The translations under genes were made by a program, and so were the position numbers. A model generated the notes under the pieces. That model was given only the letters and a program-made list of their open reading frames with translations, ran no database searches and was not told where the DNA came from. This document shows, one piece after another, positions 1 through 11,599 of a stretch of DNA of 64,000 nt; position 1 is the first letter of the stretch; each line of letters opens with the position of its first letter. The DNA comes from Octopus sinensis (Eukaryota). Location: NCBI RefSeq assembly GCF_006345805.1, contig NC_043015.1, forward strand, positions 31,744,001 to 31,808,000, read 5' to 3'.

Positions 1-1409
1 TGGTTTCAATCTGGTGGCTTTCAGGCAACATTTAATCTTCTCTATTCATGAAATATTCCACACTAAAAAAAAAGCTATAACTTCAACATTTATTGTCAAA
101 CACAGCACAAGAATGAAAAAAAAAAACACGAGGATTTTCATTTTAGACATCTCAATAAAAACAAAAACAACCTCTACCCTTAAAAAAAATTATTCTCTGT
201 CCAAGTTTGGTTCAACTCAAAGTTGGTTTTCTTTTCGAAATCTTAGACACAAACTCTCAACTGGTCAAGCTAATGGCTGCTTGTTCTGCTAGAAATAGCA
301 GTTCCATCTCTCTTACACCTTACTGTCTTTAAAAAATGGACATAATATTATAATGCAGTCTTAGATACAACATGATTGAACAAAAGCTAGAACTCTTTTG
401 AAATGTTTTTATGCTTGCTGAAACAAGAGTATGACCTGGAGCTAAGCAATAACACCATAGCAAGGTAATGTAGTCCTAGACAGTTTACTTGAATAAAGGA
501 CAAGGTGGCTATGGACAGACACCTTTGATCATCGGACTGTTTGATCATAGGATTACCTCTAGGACTCAATAACTGCAGCAGTAAGAACAACACTCAAGTG
601 ATGTTTTTACGTCAGGATACTATCCAGGAAACCTTAATCACGAGTGGGAGCTGTTACATGGTTGCTCAAACTGCTAGAAATAGCAGATTTCCATAATATC
701 ATACCATACCAGCTTAAAAGAAGGAAGGACACACTGAACAGTAGTTCTAGGTATAGCAGCTAAGAAAAAAAAAAAAGATATAGTTTTCATTGATCAGTTT
801 GATCTGGAGCTGAACAGTAACACCAATGTCAACAACATCCAGTAGTATGTCTGTTGGAGTTGTGAAACAATTTGAAACGATCACTTTGATACCAGTATAT
901 TACTGGTACTTATTTAATCATCCCTGAATAGGATGAGAAACCCAAATAAGCAAAAGAAAAAAACAAGACAAAGGAGTGACAGAAAATAAGTTAACGAGAA
1001 TTTGATAATTGCAAAATTAACACAGAATAACTGCTGCCTAATGAACCAATATTGCAGCTTTGCAAGCAACTTGTTGCACCGAGGACTCTAAATACCTGTA
1101 CACAAAACACAAATTATTCATAAACAGGTGGACAATCAAGCACAGGTATACACATACACATACACAGAGAGAGCATTTATGCTTTTGGCGATTCATAAAA
1201 AGATAATTTAATCTATAACAGGAAAATCATGCCGAGTGGTATTATTTATCCCTGTTGGTGTTTGGATGAAGAGTTATCTAAAGAGACATAACCAGAGATA
1301 GAGACACTGTGATCAAACATGTTTTTCATGGAGGACTGGAAACAAACAATATCCTTGTATGATGGTGATGTTTTGTTTACAAGCATTATGCAATATCTAG
1401 ACAAGGATT

Positions 1410-1451
<42 letters not shown>

Positions 1452-1929
1452 TTTCAGTTTCTGTCTACCAAATCCACTCACAAGGCTTTGGTTGATCTGA
1501 GGTTATAATAGAGGACCAAGATGCCACACAGTGGGACCGAATCCCAAACCACATGGTCGGGAAGCAAACAGCCATGCCTGCACCTAATGAATGCCAGAAT
1601 TTACAATCAGGTCATCTTTTGTAAATACTACCATTATTACAGAGGATTCTAAACAGGAACCTAAATCTGTAACTATGTCCAAGAGTTTTTTAAAAATCAT
1701 TTTGTGTGTGTGTGTGTAATATCTTTTAGTCAGGAGGGAAGGTAGTGCCTATGACCCTTCACTGGATCTCGAGGACAAGTATAAAGGTGAAAAGTATCCT
1801 CAAATCAGTAACTTGGTTCAAATGCTTGCAACACAGTAGACATGACCACAAAAAATGTTCAGCTCAAAATGCTATACATCACAAGTGTGAGATAAAAGAT
1901 TAATTTTTCTCAGGTACTGGTTTGGCCAT

Positions 1930-2630
1930 TAAACCACTCAGAGGTAACATTGGGATAGTACCTACACAGCTTAGTTCCAAAATTATGAGAATAAGTGAAG
2001 TTGATAGTAGATATGCACTTCTGAGATTAATTACTGAGAGCTTCATGTCACAGAATTCTTCTGTTGTAATTAAATTTAATGGCTCTGAAGTCCCTCTTAC
2101 ATTGTCATATATTCTTTACTAATTTAACTCCAAATGCAAAACTGATTGTAAGAACTTGTAGAGGGCTTCAATGAAATTAATCAAAGAAGGGCTTACTGAA
2201 CTCAGTAAGTCACTGTGGAGAGCTCAAGACACAGTAAAAAAAAATTTAATCCACAAATAACATTCGATTTCTTGACCACTATCAACACTCATACACTTCT
2301 TTAATACTTTTGCAGTGCCTGTTATTGCTAAGTTAATACATACTGTATCACATTGTTCATAATTTGGCAAGGTTACCATTAAACAAGTCTACCATCAACT
2401 GCCACTGGCAATTAAAGACCATCCTTGCACTTCTTTGTAAGCCTTTAGGACAACTGTTTCAGAACACAAAATTCCCATTTGGCCTTACAAATGCTGACAT
2501 ATGATTTCACTGAGTGATGAGTCAAAGTATCTCACTGACTGACCTTAAATCTACCTACTTGTATTTAGATGACATCATTGCATAAAGTAAATCTAAGAAA
2601 GATATCTTGGCAGAAATCTAAAGGTGTTTC
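1930..2630 (+). mobile_element. Degenerate Ty3/Gypsy LTR retrotransposon pol fragment (protease-RT)
   Basis: The motifs occur in the expected order despite stops and frameshifts: LFTNLTPNAKLI, EGLTELSKSLWRAQ (2186-2227; cf. GIIEPSxSPWRAQ), VYHQLPL, FPFGLTNA (2472-2495) and YLDDII (2562-2579). No LTRs were recognised. Confidence 0.85.
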
Positions 2631-2802
2631 TGTCATGTACTAACTATCCAAATATAATTCTATATAGCAAAAAATGCATTCTTGGATTTAAGCTTATTGA
2701 ATTTCTAATCCTCAGTGGCTGCGTTCACTTAAATACCTTAAAATTCCTACTTCTAAAAAGAACTTGGAAAAGATTATTGGGCTGCTAGTCTATTACAGCA
2801 AA

Positions 2803-3311
2803 ACACTGTAATGAAATGTAAGCATTTTCCCAATTCCTGAAGGAGCTGTTACTATTTTCAGAAAGAAAAAAAAAGTACATAAGTTGTTCGTTATTAATAT
2901 TATTAATCTGATGCTGAAGGAAAAATGGGAAAAAGTATGGTTTTGGACATAATTATCCTTCTGATACGAAAGAAAAGACCAAGAGAAACTGGGAAAAGAA
3001 CAGAGATAAAAAGAGGAGAGAGCTACAAAAATGCACATGGGATCAGTTCACATGTTCAACCTGTCACCACATGGGATGCGAATCAATCCCATGTGTGTTT
3101 TTGCAGCTCTCTCCTCTTTTTATCTCCTTTTTTTTTCTCTTAAGTTTCTTAACTTTTCTCCAGTATCTGAAGAACTATGTTCAAAATACCTTTTACCTTT
3201 TACTCTTTCCAATCTTACTTGATTATCAAAATAATAAATAGTGACCTTGAAGGTCTCTTGTACTTTTGTTGTTTTTATTTTTTGTATTTGCTTTTTGCTT
3301 TATTACAGTGT
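2803..3311. repeat. Long imperfect inverted repeat (fold-back), arms about 2803-3043 and 3086-3311
   Basis: The inner arms 3003-3043 and 3086-3126 match at 38 of 41 positions. Outer blocks still align (gtatcagaag/gtatctgaag, tatgtccaaaa/tatgttcaaaa, tttcattacagtgt/tttattacagtgt). Confidence 0.85.
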
Positions 3312-5081
3312 GACCACACAGACCTTCCATGTTCATCCAACCATTTCATTGGAGTAACCTAATTCTTGAGTACCTTACATCTTGGATACAATTGGATTAC
3401 TTTTTCAGATTACGTTGGATCTTCACTCACCACAGAAAATGCTTGCTTCTGTGTCATTGGTAATAACCGTTCCTTTTACAAACAAGGCTGAGGTATCAAG
3501 TACTGCTCTAACTACAACCCTTTTGAGGAAACATGTAGAAGCTCCCTTCACTAATCCATAGGGACATAATTTTACTGAATTATGGTCAATGTAACTTGTG
3601 AGAAAGTAGGGGTTGGCACTGTAAAAAAATATGGTAGCTATTGGTCTAACCAACTGTAGCAGATACATCACCCTCCATCCATGCTAACACTTAACCATCA
3701 TTAAGATAAGGTGTAGAAAAATTTAGACTCCAAAACAAAGACAATCTCAAAAATGAAGAGGGATAATTACAGAGAATATATGAGGAATTTAGTAACAGAG
3801 TGTCGTAAGCACCACCCCAGCCATTTCTGAGGTTAGTATATCATTTTCTTTGTCTTGATGTCTAGAATCCTAAAAAGTTGGAAGAACTGGTGAGGCTTGC
3901 AATAAGGTTGAAAAAATTGTACCTCAACGCTATTGGCACAATGCTCGCTCACCCAAACTCAGACCAGAGAATTAATTAACACACCATTGTTAGCACATGT
4001 GCTCAATCAATAACTTTGGTGTGGCCCCTGTATAGTTTACCGAGGTGTTATGGCTCATTTTCTAATAGTCCTCGTTAGCATCATAATGATAATGGGCTAT
4101 TATCTTACTATCTTGTCTTACTTACATCTTAAAGATACTTATCTTGGGATGTTAAAACACAAACAATACCTTTGGTGGGGGCCTCTGTATGTTTTTTTGT
4201 AGGTATTTTGGTTAAAATATGCAATGCAATACATCATTTCATAGTACCGGTATACTCTACAAAATGAGAAAGACGCAGCCATTGTTTCATCTTTCAGATG
4301 CTTACCTAAATAATTTTAAATAGGTGGAATGATTATCGGAGATCTTCACAGTCATTTTAAGACCAAAACCAGCTTTCTAACTTCATTCTTAGCTGAGATA
4401 TCGCATTCTAAAAGTCGCAAAACTTTGACTGCGCTTTTCTCAGTTTTTAAGTTGTGGCGCTTACAACGGTCAGTTACTAAATGCCTTATATGATGAAACT
4501 CAACCTATATCATCTTACCTATATAACACGATGAAACTTGACCTATATCATCTTACTGACTATTCTGGCTGCATTTGTTAGCATCAGGTACTGTGAGACT
4601 GGACATAAACTATATAATGTACTGAATAGCTAGTGACCCTTGAACCCACACTATATGGCACACTTATATTGTTGGTCCCTGGACTTATGGTATGTAATAC
4701 ACTGTACAACTTGTGACCCCTGGGTCTATGCTGTGTAGTTTATAACTTCTTGATGCACACTATATAATGCAGATACAACCAGTGACCTCTTGAACTAAAC
4801 TATCTTTATATTGTTTAGTGGTCAAAAAAATAAAAACACCTCAATTGATGCAGGAATTGAAGAGGATGGTAAGCACAGCTGAGAGCAGATGAGGAATGAA
4901 GGTTAGAACCAAGGTAGATGAGAGGAAAGCAAAGCTAAGGTAGATGATGGGTGATGTGCACAGATGGGCAGAAGGTAAGACTGGGGTAGAGGAGTGGAAG
5001 GGATACAGTTAGGGAAGATGAAGGGTTGGAGGGTATAAAGGCAGACTGAATAAAGACTGAAGGGTATATAGGCAGACTAGA

Positions 5082-5283
5082 AGAAACGTTAGCACGCCGG
5101 GCGAAATGCTAAGCGGTATTTCGTCTGCCACTACGTTCTGAGTTCAAATTCCGCCGAGGTCGACTTTGCCTTTTCATCCGTTCAGAGTCGATTAAATAAG
5201 TACCAGTTATGCACTGGGGTCGATGTGATCGGCTTAATCCGTTTGTCTGTCCTTGTTTGTCCCCTGGTGGGTAGCAAAGAAAT
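5082..5283 (+). mobile_element. tRNA-derived SINE, family A (tail 1), slightly 5'-truncated
   Basis: Contains the B-box GAGTTCAAATTCC, the body gtcgactttgcctttcatcc...aagtaccag and the tail gtttgtctgtccttgtttgtcccc...gtagcaaagaaat. More than 20 related copies are in the window. Confidence 0.85.
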
Positions 5284-6375
5284 AGGTTATATAGGCAGAC
5301 TGAATAAAGATTGACGGGGTCGACTGAGGATTGATGATAGGTGTGGGGACACAAATGGATCTTGTTACTCCGATTCTTTATATAAGAACATTGAGAATGA
5401 GTGAATAGTGAAGTGGTGATGGTGGTGGTAATAGTAGTAGCAGCAGCAGCAACTAGTAATAAACACAATAGTTAAAATACTAAACAGTGGGGTGATGATG
5501 ATGATGATGATGATGACATTGTATAGCGTAAAAGAAACAATAAATGGTCATTATAGCATTTACATGAAATGCGAGGAGGAGGAGGAGTAGGCAGCTATGC
5601 TTGGGTGGGAGGAACCACACACAAGGCATGATGGCCACTGAATCACCAACAATGCCACAGCCATTTTTGATGTCTACCTTTCCAAACTAACATGGGTCGG
5701 AGAGAGACCAATTTCCAATTAGCACCTCTCCAACTCAACACAGGCCTCCGTCGTTTCCTTTGTGTGGTCAGTTAGTTAGTTAATTTTTTGGCTCAAAAAG
5801 CAAAAAGCAAGGCCATGTAGGGGTACATGGAGTTATGTACAGGGTGGAGTTCATGTAAAGGGTTCAGGCCATTTGTGGTCAAGGGAGACTTTGAACCGAG
5901 CGGTCGCAGCATCCTGAGATTAGATCTCTAGAATAAATTAGTTAGGAAACACTTTAACATTACTAAAGGGTTGTTGTTATTTAGCCATTTAGTATAACAA
6001 CATAATAGTAATAACAATTAAGGCATAAGGGGAGCAGTTTTGAGGAGAGGAGGGGGTCTGGTCATTTACATCAATCCTGGTACTTCACATGTACTCCACA
6101 GTACTTCACATGTACTTTATTTTATTGAGGGATGAAAGGCAAAGTTAACATTCAGCGGGACTCGTTAGCATTTTATACCAGTCATATCCAGTTCAAATAT
6201 GTTAGCAGTTTTATGTTTAAACCAGCCAGATCCAGCTTCTTGCACCTACCCTACAACATTACTCTGAAGATAAACATTCACAATGTCAAAATCTCAAAGT
6301 TATAAGCTAGTGCTTAATTAATTTTTTTAAAAATGTGAATACATAATAAGCACTACATTTGACAGAGTAATTTAA

Positions 6376-6597
6376 CCCTTTCGTTACTGTATTTATTTTG
6401 AGATGCTCTGTGTTTCTTTCAATCGGTTTTAAATATAACAAAGAATTTAGTAAAATAACTTAATTATCATTAAGCTAGTGTTAGGAACATAAATTGTGAC
6501 TAAGGTTTGGCGGGAGATTTTAATTCAAAACTTATGAAAACAAGACATTTGTACTAAAGAGCCAGAGCCAGTTTTGGCCATGTTGGTAACGAAAGGG
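6376..6597. mobile_element. piggyBac-type MITE family E (222 bp)
   Basis: TTAA|CCCTTTCGTTAC...GTAACGAAAGGG|TTAA: a perfect 12-bp TIR with TTAA TSD. Confidence 0.9.
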
Positions 6598-7870
6598 TTA
6601 AATGCAACTGGGTAAGCCCTTTTCAACATTGATTAAACTTATGATCAAACACATTCCATCTGTGACCATCATGTCCTTTTAGGGGTTTTTAAAACAACAT
6701 TATCTAATGTGCTCTTGTTAAAAACCGGAGGGTGTGATTTGAGATTTGGCTGCTCTTTTGAGCAGGGTGAACAACCAAGAAGGCTTCCACATTGACGAAA
6801 CAGGAAAATATCTTGGGAATATTATAAAAAAATATATAGCAAATACAGAAAAATTGTAATTATTATTATTGAAGATGAATGTTGAATAAAACCATAGAAG
6901 ATTAAAATAAAACAAACAAAAACCTCTCTAGAATTCAAAACAAAATACTCCACCACCACCACCACCACCATTCTGTACCAAATTCTCTAAAAGTTTTAAA
7001 CAGTGAAACAAGAGCAGACAACCCCTGCTTATCTGAAAAGTTTATCCTGTCGCATATTACTTGTATACAAAAGTTTTAAGAGAGAGAGAGAGAGGGAGAG
7101 AGAGAGAGAGAGAGAGAGAGCAGAGAGTTTGGCAGAGGGAGAAGTGACAAGCTGAAGCATTTCAAGCATCCAAATTGGAAGAAAGAATTAAAAATGGAAC
7201 AGCTGTAATTGGAGACTGGGCTTTAATTTGGTGTAAAATTCCGTCTGATTGTTGTAAATGCAAGTAAAACATAATTAAATGGGGGGGAAATCTGCAGTTA
7301 ATGAATCTGGATAATGAAGTGGGGGGTGCAAGGGGGGAAAAAAAGATCATGAGGAATATAAACTTAGTTTTTTTTTTGCTCCCGTGCTCAGATGTTGTCA
7401 CCAATTAAGAAGCTGATAAATAATTGCTGTTGACAACCTGTTGTTGAATGTAGCGGTGAGATCCCTTCCTCGACCGCAACAACAGAGTAGGGGACTTAAT
7501 GTGTGAAACAGAGCAAGTTAGGAAATAAAGAAAAAAAATTACCTTTATAAAGGGTAAAAAAACTGATGGTCACTGTAATAAAACAACACTTGACCCCTCT
7601 CTCTCTCTCTCTCTCACATATACACCTACTTAATCCAAGAAACAAATTCACTTTACTGTAGATAAAAACACTGACCGACAACAAACAAGGAGTGACAATA
7701 ATTTTTGGCCTTTTTTTTTTTTTTAAATCCCAAAACATGAAGGAGAAAATAAGTGTTTTTGAGTTGATATTTAAAAATAGAAATAGAAAAGGAAAGAAAA
7801 ACAGAAGAAATTATGTTGAGAGGGTTTTTGGGCTAAAGAAAGTTTTGAGTAAACAACCAAGTAAACTTAC

Positions 7871-7904
7871 CACTTCTCCTTCGAAAGGTGAAATTTCCAG
7901 GCAT
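7871..7904 (-). CDS. Candidate coding end of an alternative first exon (MPGNFTFRRRS+G), possibly of Pak
   Basis: Minus strand ATG CCT GGA AAT TTC ACC TTT CGA AGG AGA AGT G|gtaagt. There is an in-frame TGA upstream, and the exit phase (1) is the same as exon 18262-18347. It is preceded on the minus strand by about 600 nt of UTR-like sequence and (CT)/(CA) tracts. No transcript evidence is available. Confidence 0.45.
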
Positions 7905-8881
7905 GACCAAGTAATGTGCTTGAGGGAAGAAAGTGTAACAGAGCTGAATAAATGACTGTCAGTGTGTTACTAAGTCATCATTGTCAGCTGATGATGCCGG
8001 CCGATTGTGAAGACACTTGAACTATGGAGAAATAACAATAACAACAGAGGCAGTGGTTATAATACCGGCAACTGTTGTTACTGCCGTTGATGGTGATGAT
8101 GGTGATGGTGGTGGTGATAGTTGTAACAGTGGTGGTGGTGGTGGTGGTAGTGGTTAGTTGTATGCTATCCGTGCCAATAGGATGTAAGTGAAACAAGAGG
8201 AAAACATGTTTTAATATAGTCACTGCTGCTTCTGCTTCTGCTTCTGCTGCTGGTGTTGTTGCTACAGTTGTCAACAGCAGACAATAAGGGAAGAACTATG
8301 CGGCGCAACAAGTTCAGAAAGTCTTTGGTAAAACTGCCGTGGACAGCGGCCGATTGTTTGGTGAACAAGACGGAAGACAGCAAAACCATCCGATAGAAAG
8401 TTGGTCCAGAATTTTTTGTAATTGACAAGAAACACCCAGCAAAAAAAAAGTTTGGAAGCTGGACGACGGCACAATCCGTCAACAGGCTGAATGGAGGATG
8501 CGTATGTGTGGTGAATGTATGTGTGTGTAACTCTGTGTGTGTGTGTGTGTGTAAGAGAGAGGAGAGAGGTGGAGATGAGAAACTGTGGTTTGAGCTTTTT
8601 TTTTGTTTGTTTTTTGTGTGTGTGCGTGTGTGTGTCTTGGTAAAAACTACAGAGTAAGAAGCTAGCCGAGTGGTTTACTGGTCAAGAGAAATTATAACGA
8701 GCTTACACTAACGCACTACCACACGCTGCCAAGTAGCTTCATGAGTCACATCCCATGGAAGGCCAGAGTGGTGCGAGAGGGAGGTCAGACCTGTTGCAGC
8801 AGCTCAAGTCAATAATAATACACAACATGAACGTTTGCTAGAACTGAGAGAGAGAGAGAGAGAGAGAGAAAGAGACAGTTA

Positions 8882-8921
<40 letters not shown>

Positions 8922-10004
8922 ATGTGTGTGTGTGCGGAGGGGAAAGAAGTGGGGGAGGTCAGCAATGGAGGATGGGGAGTGGTAATCAGAAACTGGTCAG
9001 AGTGTGTGTGTGTGTGCTTGGCTACATTCTAACATAACAGAGCTGACAAAAGATGACTCCTAGGAATCTATTCATGTCTAAACTGCTAAACTGAATATAA
9101 TAATACTAACAATTATTATTATCATTATTATTATTATTATGATGATAACAATAATAACAACAACAAATTATTGAAAAAAAATTCCATTAGCTTTTCACAT
9201 CTGTCCAAATGAAAGCTGTTTAGCATTTTCATTGTCTCTCTCTCTCACCACACACAACTTAGTTCACACATTGTTTAATATATATGTAGGTGTTTTTATG
9301 TCCATACACACACACACACACACACACACATCATTTCATTTATAATCTTTTACTGGTTTCATTCATTGGACCGTGACCATGCTGGGGCACTTCTTACCAA
9401 TTGTTCCAGCCGGTTATACCAACCAGCCCCCGGTACTTACCTCAGCCTGGTACTCAATATTATTGATCTATAGTTGTCGAGCAGCTAAGTCACACACCTA
9501 CACACCTACACACACACAATGGGCTTATGCACTGTTTTTTTCTCTACTGATAGAAGAGACCGGATCAGGTACAACGGAATGTGCTCAAAGCCAGGGCCTC
9601 ACCGTTGTGAAGCAACCTTGCTGCCACACAGCTATGTCTGCACACACCTTGAACCCAATGTGCGAAGAAGGAAAGAAGTCGAGTTTTCCTTTGAGACAAT
9701 TCTTTAATACTGACAACAAAAAAGTGAGAAAGAGAGACAAACACACACACGCACACACACACACGCACACACCAGTGTAGCAGTTTCAGTTCCCGATCTC
9801 GCATAGTGGTATACAGGTACAAGAAAGAAAGAAAGAAAGAAAAGAGAACATGAATCCAGGAAGGTAAGTTCCAATAAGTACCCTTCATTCAAACTGTTGT
9901 GATCTCTGGCCAAGCTAGAGCAACCGCCTAATTATACTGCAACTTGTTCTGTTGATTGCATAGTGCGTTTTTGGTGTGTGTGAGTGTGGAAGAGAGAGAC
10001 AGAC

Positions 10005-10332
10005 ACTGAGAGAGAGAGAGAGAGAGAACGAGTAAGAGAGAGAGAGAACGAGTAAGAGAGAGAGAGAACGAGAGAGAGAGATAGAGAGAGAACGAGTAAG
10101 AGAGAGTCAGACACTCAAAGAGAGAGAGAGAGAGAACGAGTAAGAGAGAGTCAGACACTCAAAGAGAGAGAGAGAGAGAACGAGTAAGAGAGAGTCAGAC
10201 ACTCAAAGAGAGAGAGAGAGAGAACGAGTAAGAGAGAGTCAGACACTCAAAGAGAGAGAGAGAGAGAGAACGAGTAAGAGAGAGTCAGACACTCAAAGAG
10301 AGATAGAGAGAGAACGAGTAAGAGAGAGAGAG
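10005..10332. repeat. Minisatellite built from (GA)n plus AACGAGTAA and GTCAGACACTCAAA interruptions
   Basis: Five GTCAGACACTCAAA units occur at roughly 44-48 bp spacing, with about eight AACGAGTAA units. Confidence 0.9.
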
Positions 10333-11249
10333 ATGTGCATGAGGGTATGTCTGCATGTGTGTGTGTGTGTGTGTGTGAGGTTTTATATTTTATTTCTGAA
10401 ATTTCATGCTTATGTATGCATGTGCAGATATGCGGTGTCATTTGTTTGCAGCTTTCCACGAAATTATGTGTGGCCATTATACTCTTCATAGGTGTGTGTG
10501 TGTGTGTGTGTGTAAGCATAGCTCCAGGACAGCTCTGATCCAACAGCCAGTCCTCCAACGTGCAGATAGTCGACCGAATAACAGGGTGTGACACATAGAT
10601 TCCTCTTGCCAGGCAATACCGAGCCTCTCCCAAGCTGAAGATCATGCTACACACTTCGATATGTGGTGATGAATCAGAGTTTAGTGAGACAACTTTAGAT
10701 TTGTTACACCATCTCCCTTTCCGCAGCCTATTTCTGTACAACAGTAAATGTTTCTGGTGGCAACAGCAGAGGCAGGCAAGGTGGACTTGGCCAGAGAGCA
10801 ATAACTACTGCTCTTTCATAATTAAGGCTTACTACAGCAACAAACTGTGCCCTTCACATGTCCAACTGGTCAACTGCTCTTATTAAATTTTGTTCCATTG
10901 TAAAACAGTATATAAATATAGATTTTATTCCTAATTTTTCAAGATGTTTGTGTGTGTGTGTGTGTGTGTGTGCATGTGTGTGTGTAGGTCTGCAGTAACT
11001 GCTGCAGTGAGTCAGCACAGGTACTGATGAAGATGGCAGAGCTAAGATGCGAGAGAGAGAGAGAGAAATCTAGCCTGGTGAGGTTTTATGAACTTTAACA
11101 ATTACCTTCAAACTAGAAACATAAGTACCGAAAATAAGGGAACGGGAGACGGGTGGTTAACAAGGGGATGGAATCTATACAAGGATAAAATTCATTGCAA
11201 GTTTGAGTTACATAACAAACCACATGACAGATACTTGAATCAGACAGAT

Positions 11250-11285
<36 letters not shown>

Positions 11286-11378
11286 ATAAAAATGGTGAAA
11301 CATATACAGGCATAGATATATGGAAACACATAAATGCAGATTGGACTACCGGTTACATCATCATCATCGTTGTTTTAA

Positions 11379-11599
11379 CCCTTTGGTGTTTAAGCCGGCC
11401 ATATCCGGCCCAAATATCCGACATGTTTTTACGTTCAAACTGGCCATATCTAGCCTCTCACACCTAACCTACATTGACATTCTAAGAATAAACTATCATA
11501 CCATTGAAACCTCAAAGCTATAAGATAATGTATGATTAATTCAAAACAATTTGAGTGAAAAAGTATTACATTTAACAGAGTAATCTGAACACTAAAGAG
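11379..11599. mobile_element. piggyBac-type MITE family F (221 bp)
   Basis: TTAA|CCCTTTGGTGTT...AACACTAAAGAG|TTAA. Other copies lie at about 6165-6371, 17615-17825, 26676-26891, 41338-41570 and 42628-42838. Confidence 0.85.

Noticed and set aside
3170-3190. Minus-strand YFEH resembling the CRIB motif FEH
   Set aside because: It continues SSSD rather than TVHVGFD and lies inside the inverted repeat.
3430-3619. Apparent minus-strand exon (ttttacag|...tgtg|gtgagt)
   Set aside because: The frame required after a phase-1 Pak donor hits TAA, and the open frame shows no CRIB or kinase similarity.
9861-9869. Perfect + strand donor AAG|GTAAGT (and TTG|GTAAGT near 49467)
   Set aside because: No matching acceptor or ORF was found, and such motifs are expected by chance in 64 kb of AT-rich DNA.
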